Source: an uncultured Bacteriovoracaceae bacterium
GTDB taxonomy: Bacteria; Bdellovibrionota; UBA2394
Direction: 5' to 3'
Length of the DNA: 64,000 bases
NCBI GenBank assembly: GCA_964655245.1
Contig: CAZZLQ010000004.1
Coordinates: forward strand, 3,456-67,455
In this document: positions 10,096 through 20,512 of the stretch, one piece after another
Layout: every line of letters begins with the position of its first letter
How positions within the stretch are numbered: the stretch's first letter is position 1
Position numbers and translations under genes: made by a program
Notes under the pieces: generated by a model
Seen by the model: the letters and a program-made list of their open reading frames with translations, nothing else
The model's database searches: none
What the model was told of the DNA's origin: nothing

Positions 10096-10802
10096 GCTCC
10101 TTTCTGAATATTCAAAAATTGTCGGTTTCTTATGGGGCAGTGCAAGCTTTGAGAGACGTCAGTATTGAGGTTGCAAAGGGCGAGATTGTTACACTGCTTG
10201 GAAGTAACGGAGCAGGAAAATCCACTCTTCTCAGATCCATTATGAATATGGCTCCGGTCAACAGTGGAGCTATTGAGTTTGAGGGGGCTTCGATTTTGAA
10301 ACTTCCCACGAATCAGATCGTTCGAAAAGGAGTGGCCCTTGTTCCCGAGGGTCGAGGTATTTTGCAAAGCCTGACGGTCCGAGAAAATTTAGAACTCGGA
10401 GCGTATCATCAAAAAAATTGGAATGCAGATCTTGAAGAAGTCTTTCGTCTTTTTCCAATCGTTAAAGAGCGTTTGAAACAAAGTGCTGGAACCCTTTCCG
10501 GCGGTGAACAGCAAATGTTGGCCATCGGAAGAGCTCTTTTGTCCCGACCTAAGCTCTTGCTTCTGGATGAGCCGTCTCTTGGTCTGGCACCCAAAATCAT
10601 CCAGAATATTTTTGCTCTCATACAGGAGATTCAAAAGCGCGGGGTGACCATTCTCCTGATTGAGCAAAATGCCCATATGGCAGTGAAGATTTGTAGTCGT
10701 GCTTATTTGATTCAAAATGGTCGGATTGTCCTGTCAGGGACACGTGAAGAGATGCTCTTGAAGGAAGAGGAGACTCGACAGGCCTATTTGGGTGGCAACT
10801 GA
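10092..10802 (+). CDS. livF: Branched-chain amino acid ABC transporter ATP-binding protein LivF
   Basis: It has Walker A (GSNGAGKST), the signature motif (LSGGEQQMLAIGRAL) and Walker B (LLLDEPSLGL). Confidence 0.9.
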   Translation: MSSFLNIQKLSVSYGAVQALRDVSIEVAKGEIVTLLGSNGAGKSTLLRSIMNMAPVNSGAIEFEGASILKLPTNQIVRKGVALVPEGRGILQSLTVRENLELGAYHQKNWNADLEEVFRLFPIVKERLKQSAGTLSGGEQQMLAIGRALLSRPKLLLLDEPSLGLAPKIIQNIFALIQEIQKRGVTILLIEQNAHMAVKICSRAYLIQNGRIVLSGTREEMLLKEEETRQAYLGGN

Positions 10803-12520
10803 GAGCCAGCTGAAGCCTTATGCGCTCTCGTCTGAATGGAGTTGATTCGATTGATCAGTGATGGATCGACCCCTCTAGAGCTTAGGAGCTCGCGAGCCGT
10901 TTCCTTGATTCTCTGAAGTGCTAGCTCAATCAATGGTGCATGATCTGATTTGATGGTTTGAAAATGGACTTTGACGTCAAATCGATCTGGTTTCAGTGTG
11001 CTTGGCTGGAGCTCAACCAGAGCGTGGAAGTCATCTGCCAGTGTTGAGCCGAACTCATCTCCCAATTCCTCATGAATCGTTTTAGCGAGAGTTTCTGCCA
11101 CATGCCTCATTTCATTGACTTCATCGTCAGACAAATTGATGCCCTTACTTTTGAACTTTGTCAGAGGGATCATCGTCGCTCGCATCTCGGGAGTGATTCG
11201 TTTGAGCAGTTGGGAGATGGCCTCTTGGTGGTAGGGGCCTTTGAAGTAGCGGACAATCTCATCTCCAGAGGATTTTGAAGCAAGAGTCTCTGATCGGGCC
11301 AGAGTTGCAGAGAGAATGCTGTCCGCATCAGCCATGAGTCGGTCATATCTTTTCTGGGACTCTCCATAGGAGAGGTTGGCAATCATTGTGAGGAAGCTTT
11401 CGGAACTGTTCACCGATGGATCGGTAATCGCAGCCTGCAGGGAAGAAGCATGGAAAGCGCCAACTCGTCGGATGTCAATCGAGACAACGAAGTCAGAATT
11501 TTCAGTCAGCTGTGCATCGCCGCTCAGCTGGTCAACAGTCGCCGAATCAATTTCAGGTTCAGCGGATGTCCCATACGAGAGTGGAGTTTCAAAAACTTTG
11601 ATCGAATTGTAGAATTCAGACATCTGCTGAATGAGTTGAGATGGGATAATGGAGTCGAGCCTAAAACGTCGATGCATTTGAAGAGAAAGCTCGTTGCTTT
11701 GAGATGATTTTCTCAAGAGGTCATTGACCTCTGGGCGAAGAACAATCGAGTTTCCCCAACGTGTGGTGAGCTTTTCAAAGTCTGTTCGACTCAGGGAGCT
11801 CTCAAGTCCTTGAATCATCTTTTGATGAAGTTTCCGAGTGTCATTGAAGTGTTCATAGAGCAAGTTCTGAACTTCCGAAAACTGATGAACACCAATCGTA
11901 GAATAGTTCGGGAGGTGGATCATGCGAGCAGCAATGCCTGATTCGTTGAGATTTCGCCCGATTCCAATAGAAAATGGACCGGAGTAAGTTGGTATCTCTT
12001 CAAGAAGTTTGCGTACCGATTTGCCGCGAGCCTCAAGGGGCGAAAACTCTCGGTCGATGTTTTGATTGAAGCTTTCAATGGCTCGGCGATAGATCCTTTC
12101 AATGGCTGCTGGATCCACTGTACTGACTTCTAAGCGGATTGATTTGTAGTCATTGAAGATGCGAGTGGGATGAATGCCTTCCTCGAGAATTTCCTGAAGT
12201 AGGCTTTGCTTAATGAGTCGCACAAAACGATCAACTTGAGAGGGCGAAAGATGAGCCTTATCTCGAAGTTGCTTAATATACTTCGTTTCAAAGTAGATAT
12301 GAGTGGGAGAGCTTGATGGAGTCGAAGAGATGCGCTTACTGACAAAGAAAGAGGGACGCTTGATGGAGGGAATGGAGACCGCTCGGACCATGTCGTGAAG
12401 CGCACTGATGCATTCCCGGCGTGATACTTCATCGGGTGGCTGTGCAGAAATGGAAAATGAAATGGCCCAATAGGCAATGAGCCCATAGATCGCCCGAAGG
12501 CGACTTTCCCTTAGTGACAA
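10784..12520 (-). CDS. Hypothetical secreted protein, 578 aa, no recognisable domain
   Basis: It is the long ORF here and has an N-terminal signal peptide (LIAYWAISFSISAQP). It is convergent with livF, with a 19-nt overlap. Confidence 0.5.
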   Translation of the reverse strand: MSLRESRLRAIYGLIAYWAISFSISAQPPDEVSRRECISALHDMVRAVSIPSIKRPSFFVSKRISSTPSSSPTHIYFETKYIKQLRDKAHLSPSQVDRFVRLIKQSLLQEILEEGIHPTRIFNDYKSIRLEVSTVDPAAIERIYRRAIESFNQNIDREFSPLEARGKSVRKLLEEIPTYSGPFSIGIGRNLNESGIAARMIHLPNYSTIGVHQFSEVQNLLYEHFNDTRKLHQKMIQGLESSLSRTDFEKLTTRWGNSIVLRPEVNDLLRKSSQSNELSLQMHRRFRLDSIIPSQLIQQMSEFYNSIKVFETPLSYGTSAEPEIDSATVDQLSGDAQLTENSDFVVSIDIRRVGAFHASSLQAAITDPSVNSSESFLTMIANLSYGESQKRYDRLMADADSILSATLARSETLASKSSGDEIVRYFKGPYHQEAISQLLKRITPEMRATMIPLTKFKSKGINLSDDEVNEMRHVAETLAKTIHEELGDEFGSTLADDFHALVELQPSTLKPDRFDVKVHFQTIKSDHAPLIELALQRIKETARELLSSRGVDPSLINRINSIQTRAHKASAGSQLPPK

Positions 12521-12697
12521 AATCTACTGTCCTTTCCCCTCTTATTAACGGCGCAACAATCCACCTTAGCTGCAATTGGCATGCCCACTTATAATTGGGC
12601 AAGAGGGCGTTTTGAACCACTTTAAGGGTAGAAGTTGGGGAGGGGATTCCTCAGGGTTGGGGGCTTCGGCGATTGACTGCCTGCTGGCCCAGCCGCC

Positions 12698-14527
12698 ATG
12701 ATGAGCGGCATGAGTGTCAAAGTAAATGACTTCAGTATCCATGTCGCCACGGTGAATGGATCAGGATCTCAATCTTCCAACAATGTTTTGATGCGCGCGA
12801 TGTTTCGGATGGGAATTCCAGTGAGTGGAAAGAACCTATTTCCTTCGAACATTCAAGGATTGCCCACTTGGTTTACTGTTCGTGTCAGTGCTGAGGGTTG
12901 GACGGCTCGTCGAGTCGAGACGGAAATTTTGGTTTGCATGAATGATCAAACCTACGTTGATGATGTGAAGGCGCTTCCGCCGGGAGCCATTGTCATTCAT
13001 CACGACCATATGAATATCTCTGCGATTCGTCCTGATGTGACTTCGATTCCCGTTCCCTTTTCAAAGATCATTGCTGAAGCCTGTCCGGAGCCAAGACTTC
13101 GCAAGCTTGCGGTCAATATGGTTTATGTGGGAGTCCTTGCCGATTATCTGAACATCACCGACGAAGCGATTGAGCTTGCGATGGCTCAGCAATTCAAAGG
13201 CAAAGCCAAAGTGATTGATCTCAACCGTGCGGCCATCAAGGCAGGTCGAGCATTCGTTCAGGGGTCTCAGTCGGCAGCTCCATTTCCGTTTAAAGTAGAG
13301 CCGATGAATAAAACTCAGGGAAAGATTCTCATTGAGGGAAATGCTGCCGCTGGTTTGGGAGCGGTTTTTTCTGGCTGTGGATTTGTAAGCTGGTATCCGA
13401 TCACTCCCTCTACGAGTTTGGTCGACTACTTTTCTGAATATGCTGAGAAGTATCGTGTTGATCCAAAAACAGGTCAGAAGAATTTTGCTGTCGTTCAGGC
13501 GGAGGATGAGCTTGCCGCCATTGGGATGGTTTTGGGTTCCTCTTGGATGGGGGCTCGCGCGATGACTGCGACATCCGGTCCCGGCATTTCGCTGATGGCC
13601 GAGTTTGCAGGATTCGCTTACTTCGCTGAAGTGCCGGCGGTCATTTGGGATATTCAGCGCATTGGTCCTTCGACCGGACTCCCTACGAGAACTTCTCAAG
13701 GAGACGTTTCGTTTGCTGCCACTTTAAGTCACGGCGATACTAAGCATATTTGTCTTTATCCAGGGACGGTGGAGGAGTGCTTCACAATGGCAGGAACAGC
13801 ATTTGATCTTGCAGAGCATTTTCAAACGCCGGTTTTTGTTTTGAGTGATCTTGATTTAGGAATGAATTTTTATATGGCTGATCCATTTCGATATCCTGAT
13901 CAGCCTCTGAATAGAGGCAAGGTCCTCACGGATGCTGATCAACAAAAGCTCGCGACTTTCGGACGTTATGTCGATGTTGACGGGGATGGTGTTCCTTATC
14001 GAACATTGCCGGGTCTGAAGGATCGTCGAGGAGTCTTTTTTACTCGAGGCTCGGGGCATAATGCCAAAGCGGTTTATACAGAAAAAGGCTCCGATTATGT
14101 GGAGCAGATGAATCGCCTGAATCGAAAATTTGAAACAGCTCGATCCCATCTTCCCCAGCCGATTCTTGAGGGCTCTGGAAAAAATCAAATTGGATTCATC
14201 GCCTATGGCTCATCGCATGAAGGAATGAGAGAGGCGATGCATATGCTGAAGACCCAACACAATGTGAGCGCAGATTATCTGAGGGTTCGTGGATTTCCAT
14301 TTCACCAAGAGATTTTGGATTTCATCAAATCACATGAACGAGTTTTTGTGGTTGAGCAGAATCGAGATGGTCAGTTGCTGTCACTCCTCAAGAACGAGCC
14401 TTCGCTGGTGAAGGATCTTCCTAAGATTGAAAGTATTCTTCACTATGAAGGATTTCCGTTGCCAGCCTCGTTTGTGATTGAAAGTTTTAAACGATTAACA
14501 AGCGGTCAGAAATCTGTCGCAGCCTAG
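12698..14527 (+). CDS. korA: 2-oxoacid:ferredoxin oxidoreductase alpha subunit (KorA type, fused gamma-alpha)
   Basis: The N-terminus has the gamma-like domain (VATVNGSGSQSSNNVLMRAMFRMGIPVSGKNLFPSNIQGLPTW), followed by the pyruvate-flavodoxin oxidoreductase core (ILIEGNAAAGLGAVFSGCGFVSWYPITPSTSL). Confidence 0.85.
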   Translation: MMSGMSVKVNDFSIHVATVNGSGSQSSNNVLMRAMFRMGIPVSGKNLFPSNIQGLPTWFTVRVSAEGWTARRVETEILVCMNDQTYVDDVKALPPGAIVIHHDHMNISAIRPDVTSIPVPFSKIIAEACPEPRLRKLAVNMVYVGVLADYLNITDEAIELAMAQQFKGKAKVIDLNRAAIKAGRAFVQGSQSAAPFPFKVEPMNKTQGKILIEGNAAAGLGAVFSGCGFVSWYPITPSTSLVDYFSEYAEKYRVDPKTGQKNFAVVQAEDELAAIGMVLGSSWMGARAMTATSGPGISLMAEFAGFAYFAEVPAVIWDIQRIGPSTGLPTRTSQGDVSFAATLSHGDTKHICLYPGTVEECFTMAGTAFDLAEHFQTPVFVLSDLDLGMNFYMADPFRYPDQPLNRGKVLTDADQQKLATFGRYVDVDGDGVPYRTLPGLKDRRGVFFTRGSGHNAKAVYTEKGSDYVEQMNRLNRKFETARSHLPQPILEGSGKNQIGFIAYGSSHEGMREAMHMLKTQHNVSADYLRVRGFPFHQEILDFIKSHERVFVVEQNRDGQLLSLLKNEPSLVKDLPKIESILHYEGFPLPASFVIESFKRLTSGQKSVAA

Positions 14528-14550
14528 AGGGGATGAGGGAAGGATAACAT

Positions 14551-15603
14551 ATGTCGGAAGCTGTTGAGACAAAGGCAAATCCAATGGTCACCCCCAATCG
14601 GGTGGGCCTGACAAAGAAGGAATATTTTGGATCAGCCTCAACCTTATGCACAGGTTGTGGTCATGATTCTGTGACTCTGCATTTGATTTCATCCTTTTAC
14701 GAGATGGAAGTTGAGCCTCATCAAGTGGCTAAGTTTAGTGGGATTGGATGCTCGAGCAAAACTCCAGCTTATTTCCTATCGGGTTCTCACGGCTTTAACG
14801 CAGTTCATGGACGAATGCCTTCAGTGGCCACGGGTGCTGCCATGAGTAATCGATCCATGATGAATATCGCTGTCAGCGGAGATGGAGATACGGCGAGTAT
14901 CGGTATGGGTCAGTTTGTTCATATCATCCGACGAAATGTTCCCTTGCTCTATATTATTGAAAACAACGGAGTCTATGGACTCACCAAGGGTCAGTTTTCG
15001 GCAACTTCCGACAAGGGATCGCTTCAAAAAAAGGGTGAGGTGAATACGCTTGAGAGTATTGATCTTTGCTTGCTCGCTTTGGAGTTGGGCTGTGGCTATG
15101 TGGGCCGATCATTTTCCGGAGATGCCAAGCAGATGGTTCCTCTGATCAAGGGGGGGCTGTCACACAAGGGCACCGCGGTTTTGGATGTGATCAGCCCCTG
15201 CATTACCTTCAACAATCATGAAGGCTCTACGAAATCTTATAAGTTTGTGAAGGACCATGACCAGGCCATTCATGAGATAGGATTCGTTCCCTCCTACACT
15301 CCTGTGGATGTGGATTACGATCATGGAACCACCAAGGTCATTGATTTGCCCAATGGAAGTCACATCACCTTGAAGAAGATTGATCGAGACTATGATCCTA
15401 CCAATCGACAGGCGGCTTTTGAGGTTTTGCATCGTGCTCGATCTGAAGGGGCGCTTTTGACGGGCTTGTTCTACATCAATCCCGATACGGTCCCTTTTCA
15501 GGATGTGATGAAGCTTGCTGAAACTCCACTGGTTCAACTGAGCATTTCTGAGCTGCGACCATCTAAGACCTCGCTGGATGAAGTGATGGAGAGTTTGAAA
15601 TAA
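14551..15603 (+). CDS. korB: 2-oxoacid:ferredoxin oxidoreductase beta subunit (TPP-binding)
   Basis: It has the Cys cluster (CTGCGHDS) and a TPP-binding motif (GDGDTASIGMGQF). Confidence 0.85.
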   Translation: MSEAVETKANPMVTPNRVGLTKKEYFGSASTLCTGCGHDSVTLHLISSFYEMEVEPHQVAKFSGIGCSSKTPAYFLSGSHGFNAVHGRMPSVATGAAMSNRSMMNIAVSGDGDTASIGMGQFVHIIRRNVPLLYIIENNGVYGLTKGQFSATSDKGSLQKKGEVNTLESIDLCLLALELGCGYVGRSFSGDAKQMVPLIKGGLSHKGTAVLDVISPCITFNNHEGSTKSYKFVKDHDQAIHEIGFVPSYTPVDVDYDHGTTKVIDLPNGSHITLKKIDRDYDPTNRQAAFEVLHRARSEGALLTGLFYINPDTVPFQDVMKLAETPLVQLSISELRPSKTSLDEVMESLK

Positions 15604-15605
15604 CT

Positions 15606-16793
15606 CTACTGGACTAGCTCAAGCTGACTTGGATCCATGGCTTGAGCTGAGTTTTTTCCGGAGCTCTTGACGTTGTAAAGAGCAGCGTCGGCTCGTTCGA
15701 ACCAATCTTTGCCAGACTCCCCGATGGCGTGTTCGGCCACTCCCACTGAAACTGTGATTTTGATCCCCTTTGCAAAGGTTTGATCTTTGAGACTATGGAT
15801 AAAGTTTTGAGAGATTCTCAGAGCTTCTCGAAGCTTAGTCGTTGAGAGCATCACCACAAACTCATCGCCTCCATAACGGATGACCTTGTCTGATTTTCGA
15901 AAAAAACTTTTGAGAAACTGACTGAAGCTCACAAGAACGTCATCTCCTGTGGCATGTCCCCACTGATCATTAATCTGTTTGAAATTGTCGATATCAATCA
16001 CAAGCATCGAGCAGCCCTCAAGAGCCACCCATCGAAGGTGCTGTGAAGAGATGAAGTAATCAAAGTAACCACGATTGTAGATTTGAGTGAGCGGATCTGT
16101 GACGATTTTTTGTTGAAGAGCTTGAGTCTTGGCATCCCAAAGGTCCTGAGAATCATCGGCTTCAGTCAGCAGGCCTTCCGACTTCCTTCCTCGAAAAATA
16201 GGCGAGATTAGCATCGAACCTAGAAACAAAAAGCCCAAGCAAAGGATTATGTAGTTCAGGCCGTGAGTGATAAGGCTCCAAACAAATGCACCTTGGGGGG
16301 CGTGTAACACGATAGTCAGGTAGTCGGAGCCCTCCAAGGGTGAAACCGCCGTGATCTTCCACTCCGTACCGGTCCATTCGAGGGGGGATGAGGCGCCCCT
16401 TCGTTGCTTGAGCTCTTCGATGATTGATTCGGGCAGATCAAGACTTTGTCCCTTCTTGTGTTGAGGATGGCTCGAGGCAATCACAAGGGGGGGGATTTGT
16501 TGGGTGTCAACGAGATCCAAATCCGCAAGGACAACTAAATCCAGCTCAGCTTTAAACAGGGCCTCCGATAGTTGACTATCAGTCAAAGTTTGAGAATTCT
16601 GACGAGGTCCGTTTCCCTGGAGGTTTTTTTGAGGAATCCTCAGAGACGCGGTTTTGGCAGCCTGTTCTAGAATTTTTCGCTGCTGTGAAACGATGGTTCC
16701 GAGGTCTTTGGTAAAAAGATAAAGACTCGAGGTAAGGAAGAGAGCAACGAATGATGCCGCAGCGATCCGAACACGAGAAGTCTTCTGATTCAT
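15606..16793 (-). CDS. Diguanylate cyclase (GGDEF domain) with an N-terminal membrane/periplasmic sensor region
   Basis: GGDEF motifs (RYGGDEFVV, GHATGDDVL). I chose Met44 (MNQKTSRVRIAAASFVALFL, immediately before a TM helix) as the start. The track start at 16922 would overlap the divergent putA by 170 nt. Confidence 0.75.
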   Translation of the reverse strand: MNQKTSRVRIAAASFVALFLTSSLYLFTKDLGTIVSQQRKILEQAAKTASLRIPQKNLQGNGPRQNSQTLTDSQLSEALFKAELDLVVLADLDLVDTQQIPPLVIASSHPQHKKGQSLDLPESIIEELKQRRGASSPLEWTGTEWKITAVSPLEGSDYLTIVLHAPQGAFVWSLITHGLNYIILCLGFLFLGSMLISPIFRGRKSEGLLTEADDSQDLWDAKTQALQQKIVTDPLTQIYNRGYFDYFISSQHLRWVALEGCSMLVIDIDNFKQINDQWGHATGDDVLVSFSQFLKSFFRKSDKVIRYGGDEFVVMLSTTKLREALRISQNFIHSLKDQTFAKGIKITVSVGVAEHAIGESGKDWFERADAALYNVKSSGKNSAQAMDPSQLELVQ

Positions 16794-18166
16794 TCGATCC
16801 CCAAACTCCTTCGTCGATTGAAACACGGACTCAGGAGATTGGACAGGAGATTTTCCAAGCCAGCCAGCAGAGTATTTTTCAAAAGAACTTTTGGTACAAC
16901 AAGCTGCTTGAGCTATCGACATCAGATCCTCGGGTTAAGACCCAGCTTTTTCGTTTTGTGGATGTTCTCCCTGCCTTGCAGGATTCTGAATCAAAGCGAT
17001 TTCATTTAATCGAGTACCTGCGACGCCCTCAATCGGCATCGCAATGGCCCTGGTCTTTGACTCTCATTTCCTCTTTGTTGAAGGTTCCTGTTTTAGATCA
17101 AGCACTCGTGAAGATTTCGGATTTTCAGGTGGCTCAAATGGCGAAGAACTTCATTTTGGGATCTGGACCTGAGGAGGCTTTGCCGAAGCTTCTGGAGCGG
17201 CGATCTCGCGGGATGGCGTTTACGTTGGATATTTTGGGTGAGACGGTTTTCTCGGACACGGAATCTCAATATTACCTGCGACTTTACCGGGCCTTGATTT
17301 CTGAGCTTGGTGATAAGGCCAAGGCGTGGAAGCGAGTTCCACAGATTGACGATTCTGCTCTGGGGCCCATCCCCCCTGTGAACATCTCGCTCAAAGTTTC
17401 TGCTCTTGCATGTCACATTGATCCGATGGCATTTGAGGCTTCCATTGCTACGCTCCAGTCACGGATTGAGCCCTTGATGCGACTAGCGATGGAGAAGAAG
17501 GTCTTCATCAACTTTGATATGGAGCAGTTTGCGCTACGAGAGTTGACACGAGAGCTCTTTAAACGAATTCTCTCGAAGGCCGAGTTTAAGAATTACCGGC
17601 ATTTTGGAATTGTTGTTCAGGCCTATCAGCGCACCTCCTTGGCGGATGTGGAGGATTGGATCCAGTTTGCAACGGAGCGTGGTACTCCCTTTACTATCCG
17701 GTTGGTGAAGGGCGCTTACTGGGATTACGAGTGCATTCAAGCCGAGCAGAACTCTTGGCAGGCACCAGTTTATCTTGAGAAGAAGGATTCGGATGCAAAC
17801 TATGAGCGCTGCACATGGGCGCTGTTGAAGGCATATCCCAAGATTGAGTTGGCGATGGGCTCGCACAACGTTCGTTCGTTAGCTCACGGGCTTGCCGTAG
17901 CTGAGCACTTGGGCCTTCCGCTGAACGCCCTTGAGATCCAAATGCTCTACGGTATGGCTGATCCCTTCAAAGAAGCACTGATGAAGCGGGGACTAAGATT
18001 GCGCGAGTATGATCCCGTGGGGGAAATGCTTCCTGGTCTTTCTTACCTAGTCAGACGTCTGCTGGAAAACTCGGCCAATGATTCATTTTTGAAACAAAGT
18101 TTCATGGATAAGACGGGAATTCGTGAGTTGTTGAAGTCCCCATCTCAAAAAGGAGAACGATCATGA
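16751..18166 (+). CDS. putA: Proline dehydrogenase (PutA-type PRODH domain, monofunctional)
   Basis: PRODH TIM-barrel motifs (LFRFVDVLP, FTLDILGE, HFGIVVQAYQ, IRLVKGAYWD). It is followed by a P5C dehydrogenase with an ATGA overlap. Confidence 0.85.
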   Translation: MMPQRSEHEKSSDSFDPQTPSSIETRTQEIGQEIFQASQQSIFQKNFWYNKLLELSTSDPRVKTQLFRFVDVLPALQDSESKRFHLIEYLRRPQSASQWPWSLTLISSLLKVPVLDQALVKISDFQVAQMAKNFILGSGPEEALPKLLERRSRGMAFTLDILGETVFSDTESQYYLRLYRALISELGDKAKAWKRVPQIDDSALGPIPPVNISLKVSALACHIDPMAFEASIATLQSRIEPLMRLAMEKKVFINFDMEQFALRELTRELFKRILSKAEFKNYRHFGIVVQAYQRTSLADVEDWIQFATERGTPFTIRLVKGAYWDYECIQAEQNSWQAPVYLEKKDSDANYERCTWALLKAYPKIELAMGSHNVRSLAHGLAVAEHLGLPLNALEIQMLYGMADPFKEALMKRGLRLREYDPVGEMLPGLSYLVRRLLENSANDSFLKQSFMDKTGIRELLKSPSQKGERS

Positions 18167-19740
18167 TGTTAACACCCTTCAAAAACGCTCCGTATTTGAA
18201 TTTTGCTTTGGATGCTGATCGACAGCAAATGCTTCAGGCCCTTCAGAAGGTCAAAGGTGAACTGGGCAAAACTTTTGGCTTACATCGAGGAGAGGTCGTT
18301 CAATCTCCAACACGCAAGACCTTGACTAGTGTGAATCCTGCCAATCCCTCTCAAGTGATTGGCTCAGTTGAGCTCGCAACCAAAGAAGATTCGTTGAAGG
18401 CGCTGGAGCTTATGACGAAGGGCTCTTACGAGTGGAAGCGCACTCCTGTGGAAAAACGCATTCAGTTGGTTGAGAAGCTTGCGGATTGGATGGAAGCTCG
18501 ACGCAATGAAATTAGTGCCCTCATGGTCTATGAGGTAGGGAAGAATTGGCGAGAGGCTGATGCGGATACCTGCGAGGGAATTGATTTTTGTCGCTACTAC
18601 GCTCGGGAAATGAGTCGACTTTCTCAGACGAGAGTTACGCAAGTCGTAGCGGGTGAGCTCGATACTTTGTCTTATTATCCTCGGGGCGTCTGTGTTGTGA
18701 TTGCGCCTTGGAATTTCCCGTTTGCGATTTTGACAGGAATGGCTGTGGCAGGTCTTGTCACTGGAAACACTGTGGTGATTAAGCCGGCGGAGCAGTCTCC
18801 CATCATTGGAGCAATGCTCGCTCAGGGACTGCGAGAGGTTGGATTTCCTGACTCGTCTTATTATTTTCTGCCTGGCATCGGTGAGGAGATCGGCCCCGTT
18901 TTGGTGGATGATCCTCGAACGGATATGATTGTTTTTACGGGATCGGCTGGTGTTGGACTGTCAATTATTGAATCGGCAGCTCGTAAACCGCATCCTGCTC
19001 AAAGAGGGGTCAAAAAGGTCATTGCTGAGATGGGTGGCAAGAATGCCCTCATTATCGATGAAGATGCGGATCTCGATGAATCTCTTCAGGGGGCCTTGCA
19101 CTCAGCCTTTGGATTCCAAGGACAGAAGTGTTCCGCTCTCAGTCGACTTTTGGTGCATGAGAAAGTTTACGACCTTTTTGTGAAGAGATTTGTGGAGTCG
19201 GTCAAGGCCTACAAATGCGGCTCACCTCTGAGCCCCGAGTTTCAAGTGGGGCCGGTGATTGATTCCGAGGCTCACCAGCGAATTCTCAATACGATTCAGG
19301 ATGGTAAGAAGCGAATGAAAGTCCTCTATGAGTGTGCCGATGTGCCTCGCGAGGGCTACTTCGTTCCCCCCACTGTTTTTGAATGTGAAGACTCTCAGGA
19401 GGCTTTGTTTCAGAATGAAATTTTTGGTCCTGTGCTTTTGATCAAGAAAATCAAGAGCGTTGAGGAAGGTGTTCAGTTGGCGAACTCCGTTCGCTATGCG
19501 CTCACGGGTGGCATCTACTCTCGTAGTCAGTCAAAGATTGACTACGTCAGATCAGAAATGGAAGTCGGGAACCTTTATATCAACCGTGCCATCACAGGAG
19601 CGATTGTCGAGCGGCATCCCTTTGGCGGCTTCAAACTCTCGGGCGTTGGAAGTAAAGCAGGTGGTCCGGACTATTTGATCCAATTTATGGAGCCAAAGAC
19701 CGTATCCGAGAACACCGTGCGCCGCGGTTTTGCGGGTTAG
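18163..19740 (+). CDS. pruA: L-glutamate gamma-semialdehyde (P5C) dehydrogenase
   Basis: Aldehyde dehydrogenase family, with the catalytic region IAEMGGKNA...FQGQKCSA. Confidence 0.9.
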   Translation: MMLTPFKNAPYLNFALDADRQQMLQALQKVKGELGKTFGLHRGEVVQSPTRKTLTSVNPANPSQVIGSVELATKEDSLKALELMTKGSYEWKRTPVEKRIQLVEKLADWMEARRNEISALMVYEVGKNWREADADTCEGIDFCRYYAREMSRLSQTRVTQVVAGELDTLSYYPRGVCVVIAPWNFPFAILTGMAVAGLVTGNTVVIKPAEQSPIIGAMLAQGLREVGFPDSSYYFLPGIGEEIGPVLVDDPRTDMIVFTGSAGVGLSIIESAARKPHPAQRGVKKVIAEMGGKNALIIDEDADLDESLQGALHSAFGFQGQKCSALSRLLVHEKVYDLFVKRFVESVKAYKCGSPLSPEFQVGPVIDSEAHQRILNTIQDGKKRMKVLYECADVPREGYFVPPTVFECEDSQEALFQNEIFGPVLLIKKIKSVEEGVQLANSVRYALTGGIYSRSQSKIDYVRSEMEVGNLYINRAITGAIVERHPFGGFKLSGVGSKAGGPDYLIQFMEPKTVSENTVRRGFAG

Positions 19741-19750
19741 TTTCGATTCT

Positions 19751-20512
19751 TTAGTTCAAAAATTTGATGAGCCCGATGATTCCCATCATCGCTGCGAAGA
19801 TCACTTTGATTTTGCTTGAGGATATCTTTGTTTTGGTCGCAAGTTTGCTTCCGGCAAAGGTCCCTGCGAGCAGAACGAGCAAGACCAAGGGAGAGAGGGT
19901 GATCAAAACGTCTTGTCTTTGATTGATGTAAACAATGAGGGCGGTAAGAGCTGAAACAAATACAAATGGAAAACTTATCTGCGTAGCTTGAGACATGGGA
20001 TAACCCAAAATTTTATGAAGCGTAGGGACGTTTATGATGCCACCTCCAATTCCGAGAAGTCCGCCAAGAAATCCCGAGCAAAAAAAGAGTAGCTTTCCCC
20101 AGAGGGAGTCGACTCGTTGAACTTCATTTTCGGAAGATTCATTTCGATGATCCCAGAAAAAATACACACTCATCACCATCAGAAGGATTGCAAAGAGCTT
20201 GCTGAGAACTTCAGCGGAAGAATGGGTGCCAATATAGGCAGCTAAAGCCGACCCCGCTAAGGTCAACCAGATAAAGCGGCGAACGATGAGTTGATTTTGG
20301 CGAATCAGTTCACGGTTTTGATGCATTCTCAAAACGCTTAGCCACAAAATACAGGCCAAAGAAAAGAAGATTGCATCGTGGATCTCTAGCTGTCCCAAGA
20401 TCGTGAGAAGAGGGATGAGGATGAAGCCCCCGCCCAGTCCCGTGATTGCCCCGATGAATGAGGAGAGAGCTCCAAATCCAAAAAAAATAAAGAGCGACCA
20501 CGCCGAACTCAT
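19751..20512 (-). CDS. TSUP/TauE-SafE family anion (sulfite) exporter
   Basis: Two repeated 4-TM halves with GxGGG motifs (GAITGLGGGFILIPLL; GGLLGIGGGIINVP). Confidence 0.8.
   Translation of the reverse strand: MSSAWSLFIFFGFGALSSFIGAITGLGGGFILIPLLTILGQLEIHDAIFFSLACILWLSVLRMHQNRELIRQNQLIVRRFIWLTLAGSALAAYIGTHSSAEVLSKLFAILLMVMSVYFFWDHRNESSENEVQRVDSLWGKLLFFCSGFLGGLLGIGGGIINVPTLHKILGYPMSQATQISFPFVFVSALTALIVYINQRQDVLITLSPLVLLVLLAGTFAGSKLATKTKISSSKIKVIFAAMMGIIGLIKFLN

Noticed and set aside
13061-13699. 212-aa minus-strand ORF inside korA
   Set aside because: It is entirely antisense to a strongly conserved KorA region and has an Arg/Ser-rich composition typical of out-of-frame translation.
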